From positions 620,001 to 684,000 of the forward strand of contig CDRNST010000096.1 of the NCBI GenBank assembly GCA_977016875.1: a DNA stretch of 64,000 bases. The letters run 5' to 3'. The translations under genes were made by a program, and so were the position numbers. The stretch is from Pavona decussata (Eukaryota). The first letter of the stretch is position 1, and each line of letters starts with the position of its first letter. The notes under the pieces are model-generated. The model was given only the letters and a program-made list of their open reading frames with translations. It had not been told where the DNA came from and searched no databases. Below, piece after piece: positions 13,216 through 25,797 of this stretch.

Positions 13216-16200
13216 GTGCATCTGTCACAGAAAACCGACCACTTTTACAAAGAGCTATGAAAATCAAAATTTTAGATTCCAGCCATTCTTTGTGCAGTGA
13301 TAGTAGCATGTGTATTGATAACAAATATCATGAACGTTTGGCCAACAGCTCTTTCTTTGTCACAAAACTGGGGCAGGCTTAGAGACCCGTAATAAGTGGC
13401 AACTATTTTGCATAAAAATGGCGAAAATAGGGCAGTCTTGACATTGTTTCCCCAAGTTATGAGCTGGACTCAGGATCTTTTCTTGGTAATATATCAGAAA
13501 GGTATCGTATAGGTTAACAAATAATGCAATTAACATCGTGCCATCTCAAAGGGAAAAAAAGTTGTAGATCATAAAAGATGCCACCGTTTATTAGTTAATT
13601 TATAGAACTGTTTTTTTCCAATTTTCAACAGACTGGTACTCCTTGTTCCAGCAAGATTAAGCTTTCTTTTTTTAATAGCGTTTAAGGATATAAACCTAGC
13701 TACAAAAAACTGCCAAGAGATTAATGGGCAATTTTAAAGTGTTGGCCTTATGAGCTTTGACTTTTTCCCTCATCAAGGCCTTTTGAAGCTGAGGGTCACG
13801 AGACTTATCTTTCACTTCAAATATGTTATATTATGGGCCATAGCAAAAAGAGTTACAGACGTGGAAAGACTGTGACGATATGAGTAAAGTGTGCAAGTTT
13901 GAGACTCCCGACGTTTAAGAGCGAGTTTTGATGACGATCTTTGTATGGAAACGGTGGGCAGAGAAGGGCCTTAAATTGCCGTTATACGGATCACTTTTAC
14001 AACAGGGGTCTCAAGTGTGACCTGTTTATTTTATTTTGCCATGCTCTTACCATTTCTGTTGTTCTTTAAGTTGTAGGCCATTAGATGAAATTAGTACCAG
14101 AAACTAGGTCACGTGACTTCCAGCTGCCAATCACCATTTCAGAACTACGAATAGGGACTGGGCAAGAGTCTAATTTATGAACTTAACTATGTGAGGAAAT
14201 TTATTTCCATCGAAAAAAATGGTCAAATAATAATCTTACAGAGTTTTATGACGTTTTCCGTTGAAACTGTTTTAACATCCCAACCAAAACATACTTAATA
14301 ATCAGCACGAATACATTTAGTCTTTGGGGTGTTTTTTAATTCGTCACGATCCCGGAATTTTCCAAATTATTCCAAGTAAAATTCTTTTGCCTTGTATCTT
14401 TTGATTGCCTTGTTTTTTAAATCTTACCTACAGTTTCTTTTTAGAACATGTGTAAGTTATCTTAAAAATAGCTGCCTGTACATTTAAGAGAATTAAACCA
14501 ACATTTAGCGATTTCCTTGTTTGTTAATACAAGTACAGCTATTCAGTACGTTTGCTAAAGCCTCGTTGTATTGAGCTTTACGACGCTTAAAGTTATCAGT
14601 TTCAATATCAAGAGAGTCGCATATGTTTTTCAGTTCAGCAATGTTGGCCCCTCGTCTTGGTTTACACTTCTTAAAATGTGTGATTTCCATTCTATTTTCT
14701 CCTTACTGTCATTTAACAGGAATTGAAGCTCATCCCTTTCATCACTGACCATGCTGCTCTTACAAACATTTCCAATGGCCTCATCTAAGGAGTCGAACAG
14801 ATGTCGTAGTTCCTCGCACCTATCACACTCAATTGAGTGACTATGAGTACAGCACTCCCTAAATTCTTCTTTCTTAGGGTCACTTAGTGCAAAATATCGG
14901 CAATGGTCTGGTGAGACAGACGGACTATCGTTTGTTGAATCATGCACGACATGTGTACTGTAATCTTCCTTTAAGTAACGCTTACAGGATAAAGTCATTG
15001 AACGGAGCCTTTGCGCCTCACAGTCGGACATCCCTGCATCATAGAGCCTGTCGATAACTTGGTCTAAATTTTCGAATGCCTCAGATCCATCTGCCGTGTA
15101 ATTATCCAGACCCTGAAGACTTTTTCTTGTAGAAGCTGGACAGACTTCAAGGATTCTTAACAGAGTTCTTTCACTGGCAGGCTTGAACTCGGTTTCATCA
15201 CAGATCTTTAAGTACTGGGCGATAATTCGCGCTGGTATCATTTTGCTTATTGGTTTGGGAACAAGTAGCTCTCCTCCACTTTGAAGTTTAATTTTAGAAG
15301 TGCCATATGCTGTGTCTTGTGAGATCACATCACTTGTTATGAACCTTAAGAAGTGCTCAACTTGAGTTTCATTGAGAGAGAACCTGTAGATTGCAGCTGC
15401 TGGTGTGGCAACACCTGGATCGTGCTGAATACAATGCTTCCTTGCCTCCTTGATAAGAAAATCCGTCAAGCCAGGAATTAGTTCTTTCAGTTTACTTCTC
15501 TTAAAATTTCGGGCAAACAACGATAGAATCTCCTTTCTAGAGTTTGAAGACTGTGCATTGTTATAAGCATCAACGAGATTCCGTAAGGTGCTGTCAGACA
15601 GGGTGCTAGGGACAACTTCGCCATCTTCATTATGGTTCTTGTCGTTGCTACTAAGACCCTCAATCGAACTGTCTTTCACATAATCCCACAAATGTTCTCC
15701 TTGGCCTGGGGCAATCGATTCCAAGACAGGTCTTATTCCTTGCTTTGCAAACCACGCATAGTGGTGTTTAGTACGAGGATGCACGTCTTTCCAATCTTCC
15801 ATCAGCACAGAGTCTAAATCTCTAAATGGCTGATTTATTGCGCACACCTGGTGCAGTTTAGAAACGTGGATGTTGTAGGCTATTTTTGCCCTAGCTGGTG
15901 TAAGTGGCTGAGTGTAATCTTCATCACTGATTAAGGACTCTTCTAAAATAGAAGGGCTACCAAACGCCTCAAATGGAATAGGAAATATTTTACGGGGTGG
16001 GTTGCTGTCACTTTCCATCTTTTCCGTGCTCAGAAACTGCTTCAGATGACAAGCATGCTTCTCTCGACATTGTCGGCACACACCTAAAAAATAACGGCCA
16101 CATACATACTTTTATTGCTTTTATTAAACAAAAAGATTCATTTCTTGTTTAGCTGAAGGGCATAAGTGAGCTTAGACTACAACACTCGTCTTCTTTTTGT

Positions 16201-19200
16201 GTTGGTTCGTCAATGGATGTGGGTGGTGTCGTCGAACGTAAGGTCTGGAGCGAGTGTGAAAATGGAAGTCTTATAATGGACATTACAAAATACACATGCC
16301 ATACGGAAGTTTGCGCGTGACAATCTACTTGTGTTTTGCTGGCTTCGCGCCTCGCGAGTAGCTGTGCATTTGGTGATTCCCAACTAGCGTTTTAACGAAA
16401 ACGCGACTGTACATGTTTTGTGGTGTAAGTGAGACACCATATCACTCACCGGGCCATCCGTCTATTTCAGGTGGAAGTGATAAATTCTCTTTTTCCCTTT
16501 GCATTTGCTCATCGTTTCTCTTTTTTTTTATACTAAGAAAGTGACAAACTCTGCTCTATATTTTAAGACCTGGGCACGAGTACCTAGTCTGAAAGGGGCC
16601 TTAATAACGACGGGCCTTGTCAACGTAGATAAGATGGCATATTTCATAAGAAAGTGAAAACGTACTTAAAATACACCATGCTTTATGTGTTTGTGTCTCT
16701 GTCCATATTGTCTGTCTGTCAGCGGTCAAAAACTGAAGTGTGCGTAAGTATTTCGTTACCTATAAGGCGCAGGAATTTAAGAAGAAGTACATATAATTGG
16801 TAGACCGAATTACTAAAAGAGGAGCACATGAATAATAGTGCATAGAAAATAGTGTATTGATATTTCGCATTGTACATAAACACGTTTTGTGGCACTAATT
16901 GAACGCTAAGGCAAAGCGCAACTCACAGCTTGCATGGGAGGAAAAAGATAGCGGATGTTTTTTTCAGTTTTTATGCTCCGGCCGTGTACTACTTTTAATC
17001 AATCTGCAATACATGTAAAGATTTATTATATATCCAATCAGAATTAAGTATAGATCCGCAAAAGCTTGGTGATGTAAGCAGCAGATAACGGCAAGGTCAC
17101 ATAAGCAAACAAGTTGGGCTTAAACTCTTCTGGCTTTGAGTTGGCTGCTTGGGAGCTCTTCTCAAGTTCCGATTGGTTACTCTATCTCGTGCAAGTCAGG
17201 TTGGACGTTCGCAGACTCATCCCCAGAATCTGGCAGTAAAGCGATGAGCTCAAGGAAGTTAGCAATAAGCCCACCACACTATTCGGAATTTTCTTAGGGA
17301 ATAATAGGGAGAAAATTTGGTAATGAAATCAACGAAAGTCGAGTGACTCGAAGGTGTATTTTCAATTCTAACAAATCGTGATGTGTAGGTGGTTTTTTAC
17401 TGGGATAGGGCATGAAGAATACTGGAATAGAATGATGGGTAAAAATGAGACAGTAAAAGCTGTGGGCTTAGTTAGCAATGGGTTGTGGACATCCGAGGTC
17501 TTTTTGCTCAGTTTATTTTGCACTTCCCAAATACCACGCGCACTTCATAGCAACCCCATGACCCTCCAATTATTTCTAGTGTGCCCCAGACTTGCCGATT
17601 TTTACTTAGGATAAAAATTTACTGAATATATAATTGGGACTGGGAACTTGTCTGAGACTTGAGCGCGTCGTGCTAACAGCCTGCAGTGCTTGTTATGAAT
17701 CACAGTGGTAACAAACGAATCAATAAATAAGGTCAAGTATTTACAGTACTTATGCAATCCAATAATACAGTTTGAACCATATATCAAGGTGATTTCCTTC
17801 GCTATATTTGGTGTTATAAATCTATCCGGAACTGAGACTTTTCGTTTCTGTGTGCTTCGCGTGTGTTCTGGGTGACAGCATGCACTCGAAGGCCTCCAGT
17901 GTTTTCCAAGCTCAAAGCGATGGACATACTTCCATCTTATTTTTTCTTCGTCATTGACGTCTTGAATTCCTGAAATATTTACGTGAAAATTGAAGTATTG
18001 TTAGGGGAGTTTATCGTGTGCTTCATAGAACCTGCCGCGATATTTCATTCTAACAATCACAATCCCAAGTCCAGTATTCCAGTATTTAAGAATTTCTTCG
18101 TTCGCCTTTTTTCGCTCTGTTGTTCGTGCTGCTTCTTTGTATAATCATTAAAAGCAATAGCTTGCTTTACTACCGGTAGGTTTTTTTGAACGAACGCTTT
18201 TGATTTTTGAGCCAATTTATCAAGTACAAGTTTGTAAACAATAACTACCACGGGTCGATTTAAGTACAGTAGAGTTAACTCCAGTTACAGAAACGTATTT
18301 TAAAACCCAATACAGAAATAACTGAAGCTCAAACTTTTACCTGCTCTGTTTAGAAGTAAATCTTTCTCCTGGATCTTCCAAGCTTCTATCTGAGCAGTTA
18401 ATGCCTCCAGTGAAGTCAGCAATAGTTGGTCGTCCGCCCTTTTCTCTTGTCGATTCCTGCATTGAATTGTGCTCGCCGCTCGAGCAAACGAACAACTGGT
18501 CATTTCAATGATCCACAAGTTAACCGCGATGTTATTGAAAAGATATGCAGTATCTTAGTACATTTTTATAATCCAGTTTAAATAAAAACGCTTCCTGACT
18601 GTGTAATAATAGTCTGAACGCTTGAACAAGAACTGAGGACTGCAACACTTTTGATAGCCAAATGTGCACTTTAGTGGCTTTTTTCCGTGCACCCTCTAAA
18701 TCGAATTAAGTTTAGCCATTGAGAGAAGTTGGTTCCCACGCTTCATTTTAGTATATTTTAATCTAGTCTTACGACTCGTTTCCTAGTCGATCCTATATGT
18801 GTGTTGATATTTCTAGACAAATTCTGATAAAGCAATTGAAAACACAAAATGAAAAGTCATGAAAAACTGGGGTTTTAAAAGACGGAAGCGCCGTGAATGA
18901 CTTGCTCAACACGGTGTACTGTGTACAGTGGGCGTCGAACAGGAACTATTTTTCAGCACTCTGTTGCATGCTTTGGCCATATTAAGTGCAGTATTTGTAA
19001 ATCAACAAGGAAACTCCGACATTATAGGTTAACACAATTGCAGGTAAACGTTTAGGTAAAATAACTGCTCTTCATAGCATTGAAATAAACGTTGTTCATT
19101 TCATACCCAGGTTTAGAAGATGGCCGAATAGAATATAAAGTGACAAAACAAATTTGGTATAAATAAAAATTGCCCAGGTATTTTATTTTTTCGCTTCAAT

Positions 19201-19672
19201 ACACGAACTTTAATCTTTGTCTTCGTGTAATTATTTTAGCAATTAAGTGTTGGAAAGAATAATTTAGCCGGTCTAAAAACTGCTAATTTTAAGAAAAGTC
19301 ACGTATGAACATTGAGCGGGTAGTTTCGAAAGCTTTTTCAAATAAAAGTTGAAAATATAGGAAACATTTTTTTACCGGAACTTAATCAGTTTGGATCAAA
19401 TAGTTTTGATATCAAGTATATTTTCCCTAGGCGCGCCTTGACTTTGAAAAATAAACGTTTAAAAATGGCTAAAATTCCACTTTTTTAAGCTATAAATCAC
19501 CGCCCTTTCAGCCTTGACCTTTGACCTTTTATTGTGACATCATTAAAAGGCCAAGGGCTTTAAAGCTGCACCAGTCTAATGAATATGTGAAGTTGTTGAA
19601 TCACACCAAATTTCATCAAATTCTGTGATTTTCATTTTCATGGTTCTGGTCGGTCCACCCTGACAGACGCAC
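13216..19672 (-). mobile_element. Sola3-like DNA transposon, non-autonomous deletion derivative
   Basis: TTAA TSD at 13212-13215 and 19673-19676. Imperfect TIR GTGC(A/G)TCTGTCA-n6-ACCGACCA. Carries a spliced transposase relic. Confidence 0.8.
14505..18503 (-). pseudogene. Sola3-like transposase, 3 exons, catalytic core deleted
   Basis: Exons 18341-18503 (..LLLNRAG|gtaaaa), ~17753-17969 (HRFELGKHWRPSSAC.HP.H) and 14505-16084 (QDTAYG..IPARII.QY...C..ASTRKSLQGLD..ALSDP..C.H.H...CDRC..WKSHILRSVNQDE). The last exon jumps at ~14650 straight to the C-terminal LKNICDSLDI..RRKAQY..SCTC. Family assignment is from remembered motifs. Confidence 0.65.
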
Positions 19673-19692
19673 TTAAAACGTAAAAGAACTAA

Positions 19693-19921
19693 GGGACAGA
19701 CCATTTGAAAAAACCGGAGAGGGGGTGACAATTCCCAAAAAAAAAAATTCCAGCAAGGGAAACTTGTCTAAAAAGAAATCCTGCAAGCGGTGGTACCTAA
19801 AACCAAAAGTCACACAGAGGGGAAAAAAATTCCTGCAGACAAGTGGGTTTCAAAAGAAAAATTCATGCACCGAAAATCCCCCCCCCCCTCCCCCCGCCGG
19901 TTTAATCTAATAATCCGTCCC
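19693..19921. mobile_element. PIF/Harbinger-type MITE
   Basis: TAA TSD at 19690-19692 and 19922-19924; imperfect TIR GGGAC(A/G)GA..ATT...AAACCGG. Confidence 0.85.
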
Positions 19922-22714
19922 TAAGCATCATTTGGTCCACGACCGAAACGTAAGGGGCGTGTAAGCATGCATGCAAATCAGTTTGTGACGTCAAAGCGAG
20001 AATAGACCCATTCCCCTTCTGACTCGGTCGTGGACCAAATGATGCTTAGTTTTCGTGAGTTTTAAAGCCTATAAAAAGTCAAGATTGGATAAAAATGAAA
20101 ACAAAGGGCACAATGCGTTTCAAACACGTTTAAAGATTCTTTGTAGTAAAGATAATATTTTAGGGTTAGGTGCACTTTAAAGAAGATTAAAGTTCAGTAT
20201 TGATGTTTCCCATACGAAACACTCTTTAGCTTCAAAAACACCATAATACATGCATCAATGCTCCCAGCCTATTGCCTTTTGTTCAACCATCTCTCGTACT
20301 TTAAACGGTTTATGATCTGTTCTATCGTAAATTTCTCTAAGAATTCCTTGCCAGCCTTGTCGTTTTTGAGAATGTCTGACGGCGGGTTTGGATATGATTC
20401 CACTTCTAATTGTTGCTCCAAATAGCCAATACAGACTTTCTTTTTCCTCGCGGGAAAATATGTTCCTGCTAAGGTAACTTGAATTCGAAGGTGCTTCGAA
20501 TTCTGAAGAACTTGATAAGAAGCGACCCATTTTATCTAATAAAGTGTCTTGTTCTGTTGGTAGTTCAGCTGCACCAGCAGACTCCAGGCGGCTTTCACTG
20601 TGGATACCACGCCATTCACTGCGAACACTGTCGCATACTTTCTTAGCGTCTTCATTGCTAAGCGTGGGATGGCCTTTGAGTTTCTCTCTTACCACTGCCA
20701 TTGTGACAGACTTCTTGTTTATTTCTTCATGGAAATGTTCTCTTATGGCTTCTATTTCTTGCTTGTTCCACTTGGTTTGCCCCTCTTTTGTACCTTTGGT
20801 ACTAATAGGATTTTCCTCGTTAACGTTAGTTATCGAAGTGACTTCTTTTGATGCTTTATTGGCTGCTCGCATGATTGCGGGAAGGTGTGAGGCTGCTTTT
20901 ATGCGCGATTGTTGTTTTTCCTGCAGCTTGTAGTACCTTTGCGCTGCCGACTCTTTATGTGCCATTAGATCAGCGAGTTGCCCTTTTATGTCTTGGTGGT
21001 TAGTGTGTACAGCAGTCACGGCAGACTTTCAGATCAGGGTTGAACTAATATGTCCCTCTACGCCTGCTTTTTTCCAAGCGGCATTAATTGCAATTGATAT
21101 CTGGCCTGATGCGAGGCTTGCTCCACTCCATGACAATATCACAGCATAGTCATCATCTTTGCTTTGACTTACTACACTTCTAACTTTAGCTACAAACACT
21201 TTCAGGTAGCCAAACAACGTAGGAGACAGCACCACCTGTGCAGGGCCATGTGAGTCTGCAGTCTTGTGCTTCTTCACACTAATGATGTAATTTCCTTCAC
21301 TTTGCTTTGCTTTGTTGAACTCACCCATGGTCATGTTGGCTAAGACGCCCAATCTATGGGCATTCGCTACTGTTATTTGAGTTAGGATGAAATCTCGAAT
21401 TAGTGTGTACTCTGCTTGGTTAACTTGAAGGCTGTGAGCCCCACCAAGTTGACCAATGAGGGAGATTGCCTTTCGCGTTGCTTCACTCTGTTTAAATTTA
21501 GCAAGCATTTCAGGTGATACCAAGTTAGAAAGATCTTCATCCTGTTTCTCTAGATGCCTGCGTTGACTATCTTTCTTGTAAGATGACGACCACAAGCGGG
21601 CCTTGTCGTCGATTAAGGTAATGGTAGCATCGTCCACATTCACGCCTTCAGGACGCTCTGTTAAGCTAAAACTGCAGAAATATCTTAGACTTAACAGGTA
21701 TGATTTAATTGTGTCCGACTTGTAGGTATTTTCTGCATGTTTTTTTAAGAACGTGTCGGGAATAAGTTTCTTGTCAAATAGTGACGCCACATCTTTCTCC
21801 TGATCAATAACACCTAGCATCTTGTCTAACTGTGAAGCATGTTGCTTTGATATCTTCTCAGGCTTCCTTCCACCATCAGCTGTCTGCAGCCAGCTGGCGA
21901 AAGAACAAAAAACTCCCTTGCTAGTTTCCGCAGTGCCAGCACTTCCACCTTCACTTTGTGATTCACTGTCAGATTTGCCTTCATAGCCACAGTTATCAGT
22001 AGTATCACTGCTACTCTCTGACCCTTCTTCTCCGCTAACTTCTCCTTTGTCTTCTTGAACACTAATTCTTACTGCACTGTCACTGTCACTTTGGTTACTG
22101 AGCCTTTTCTCAGCTTCGTCAACTGTTTTTGAAACTCGTGCTGACGCCATTTTTTTATTGGTTGAGCTTCCTTCAATGTTGCGTTGTATTCCAAGGAGCC
22201 CTTCTTCATTCCCTTGTGTACTTCTTTTAATTGGTAGGACAACCGCTTTACTACTGAGCAACAGCCTGGAATAGGACACTTGTGGTGGTAATGATAATCT
22301 TTCCACTCTTTTGCCTTTCCGTTTTCCACGACCTCTGAAGAAAAGCTTTCTCTCATTCTAAAATGGGATGTCACTTTTTGAGCTTTATCGCGTGACCACT
22401 TATGAACATCTCTCAAATGGCGAGGAGGATCAACTACCCGCGACTTACATCCTTTTAAAGGGCAAATACGCTTTTTCCTGGGTTTAAAAGACACCTGATG
22501 AGACTTTTTCTTTCCTTTAACAGCATTGTCGTTCTCAGTTGTCGGATTGGATTTCTTATTTCCCTTTATATTACTGTTTTTGTGGGATGCCTGGTGAGAT
22601 TCCTTCTCTTTTGTAAACTCACTATTGTTGTTATCAACTTCTCCATTAGCATTTTTAAGTTTTTCGCCGGCGTCACTGTTACTGGGAGTCCAGCCAGTGC
22701 TAATTACCACCTCC

Positions 22715-23161
22715 TGAATAGGCGCCCAAAAGGTGAGGCCTATCCCAATCGATATGAATTTGACGAAGTTTTGTTTCAGACGAAATTGACCAAGAAGGCT
22801 TGGATATCTTCCGAAAACTCCGTTTTATTCTGCAAATAATACAAATCACTAAGGTCACGCGGGCCGCCCGATTCACGGTGAAAATCCAAAAATAACAACA
22901 CAAATGTACGGAAATCACAGCAAATCACTAATAAACTTGACAACACTTCTTACCTAGTATCGACAATTAGCGAACGATCCAAGGTGGACAAAAAAGGCGG
23001 AAGAAAAAGGGGCTTCCAAAAACACGAGTGACTAACACAGGCGACGATCACAGAGATTGAATTTCGTTATTGCGTTAGTAATCAAATTTCTAGGGTACGT
23101 CAAAGGTCCTCAAAGGGAAGGCCGCTGAGCGGAAAGTGGGTGTTGAGCGTGGGCCTCAACA
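22715..23161 (-). repeat. 3' LTR of BEL/Pao element 2
   Basis: TG...CA, direct repeat of 33333-33779. Confidence 0.97.
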
Positions 23162-23272
23162 TGCTCCCCCCTTTGAACAAGCTAAACTTATACTAGCGTT
23201 CAACAAAAACATATTATGAATATAGCTCAAAACAGAGTTCAATGTTCAGGGTTCACTTCGGGCTGTTCGTGG

Positions 23273-25797
23273 TTACTTCGACTCCTCCAGGAGACACAGC
23301 TTGGAAATAGGGCGCAGGAGTGTTGAGTTTCCTGTCCTGACCTCGGCGGTTCGGACCAAGCCATCAGCCCCAGGAATAACTCGCGTCACTCGGCCTAGCA
23401 GCCACTGACCGCGTGGGGTGTTCTCTTTGACTACAAGATCGAGGTCGTTGACTGCTAAGTTGCGTCGCTTGAGGATCCACTTCTTACGTTCTTGCAGCAG
23501 GGGCAGATACTCGCGCAGCCATCTGGTCCAGAAGTGGTTTGAAAGGATTTGACCCCTTCGCCATTGCTTTCGGGAATACAGGTCCTCTTCTTGGAAGGCT
23601 CCGGGTGACAAGGACATCCCTTGACGCTGCTGAAGGAGATGACTGGGCGTGATTGGTTCCCGGTCATTTGGGTCGTCGCTGCTTGGGCATAAGGGCCGAC
23701 TGTTTAGTATCCCGACTGCCTCAGCAAATACGGTTCTGAGGGTCTCTCGTGCAACGAAGGCGTGCGGGTGGCCAAGGATAGCTTTCATGGTTTTGCGGAC
23801 ACTTCTGATAAGTCGCTCCCACACTCCAGACATGTGACTCGCAGTCGGGGGCTGGAAGTGCCACTTCTTGAGTGGCTGGCAGTGCCACTCGACATCCTTC
23901 TCATGTAGGGATCTCTGGATGATCTCCTGGTCCAAATCTTGAATGGCAACTGTGAGTTCTCTCTCCCCTCCGGTGAAGTTAGTACCATTGTCGCTCCAGA
24001 TCTCTTTTGCCGCGCCGCGGATGCAGATGAAGCGGCGTAAGGCTTGGATGAAGGCGTCTGTCTCGAGTGATCCAACGTCTTCGATGTGGATGGCCCTTGA
24101 TGTGAGACAGACAAAGATACACCCATATACCTTCTCCGTGCTGCGAGCGCGTTTGACGTAGAAGGGACCAAAGAAATCAAGCCCAGTGTAGGTAAATGGA
24201 GGTTCGTGAGGCGTGAGCCTAGCTCTGGGTAGGTCTCCCATCATCTGGTTCATCACGCCTTCGTGACGCCTGCGGCAGCTTATGCAGTTACGGAGTATCC
24301 GTCGGGTCAGTGCGCGGGCGTTGAGGATCCAGAATTTTTGTCGCAGCATTGACAGAACGTGTTCCCGCCCTGCATGTCCCAGGATCTCGTGGTGGTGTCG
24401 GATAAGCAATGTGGCAATGGGATGCTCGCTTGGAATAACCAGAGGGTGGATGGCTTGAGAAGTTACTGGTGCGTGTCGTAGTCGACCTCCAACACAGATC
24501 GCACCGTCGATGAGAACTGGGCAGAGGGCACTCAACTTGCTGTCTTTCTTCAACGGGTTTTTGGCCTCCAAGGCATCAAACTCTTCCTGGAAATACTGAC
24601 GTTGGACAGTCCTCGTGATTGCCCTCGAGGAGGCGTGTGTCTCTGCTAGGGTGATCTTGCAAGGTTTTGTTGTAGGCGGTACCCTGCGTTTGGACTTCAC
24701 GAAGTGGACAAAGCGCATGAGCCATGCTACCGTCTGGACTAGCCTGGGCCACGAAGAGAACTTCCTCAGCAACTCGTCCAAGGGGGAGCCAATTGCTATG
24801 GTTATGGTGTTCTGATTGGCCTTTGGGGCCATTACTTCCTTGTCGTCTTCTACGACGTAGCCAACTTCACGGCGAGGCCAATGATCTTCTGTCCGCCAGA
24901 GGAAGTCTGGTCCACACCACCAGCGACATCCGGATTGGAAGGCGTCTATAGGCAAGCCTCGTGATCCGTCATCAACTGGGTTCAGGACTCCGGGGACGTG
25001 GTGCCACTGATCAGGGGTGGTGTGCTCGTGGATCTCTTGTATTCGGGTAGCAACAAAACGATGGAACCGTCTGGTTTCATTCTTGATGTACTGAAGCACA
25101 GTCAGCGAGTCGGTCCAGAAAACTACACTGTCGATAGGAAGGTCCAGCTCTGCTCTGATGAGGTTGCTGGTTCGGACTGCCATTAGACTTGCCATGAGCT
25201 CGAGACGTGGGATAGTTGGTCTCTTTAGGGGGGCGTTGCGAGATTTTCCAAAGACGAAGGAGCAGTGAGTTTGGCCGCTGTGGACGTCACTCAGCCTTAA
25301 GTATGCCGAGGCTGAGTAGGCATACTCGCTCGCATCGCTGAACATGTGGAGTTGGACTGTGCTGTTGGTCAGCATGCTTGGGTCCCGGTAGCAGCGAGGT
25401 ATTTGAATATCTTCGAGTCGTGGAAGAGAATGTGTCCACTGCTGCCAAATCTTCCGATGGTGATCTTGGATTTCATCATCCCATCCGACCTTCTCTTTCC
25501 AGAGATCTTGTATCAACACCTTGACAGGGAGTACAAAGGGTGACAAAAATCCGAGAGGGTCAAAGAGCGAGCTGACGGAGGAGAGAATCCCGCGCTTGGT
25601 GGCTGGTTTGTCCGTGGACACAGTTTTAAAACAGAAGACATCCCTCTCTGCGTCCCAGTGAAGACCGAGCGTGCGGTTGATTGGTAACCTGTCTAACTCA
25701 AGGTTGAGAGTTGGATTGGCCCTTTCTTGGGACGGAAGTGCCGACAGAACCTCTCTCCGGTTGCTCAAGAACTTGGTCAGACGAAAGCCACCTTCAT
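23273..25797 (-). CDS. BEL/Pao pol C-terminal half (RT connection, RNase H, integrase)
   Basis: LFDPLGFL, HMFSDAS, IPRLEL, WTDS, HH..GH..C..C, GLDFFGP, SDNGTNF, WERLI. In frame with the upstream half once the LINE is removed. Confidence 0.95.

Larger units (their letters stand above)
13102..20176. mobile_element. Palindromic Kolobok-type MITE split by two later insertions
   Basis: TTAA|AGTGCAC...GTGCACT|TTAA. Removing 13216-19676 and 19693-19924 leaves a ~380-bp element with ~150-bp imperfect inverted arms (...ATAGGCTTTAA..AACTAAGCATCATTTGGTCCACGACCGA and its reverse complement). Confidence 0.88.
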
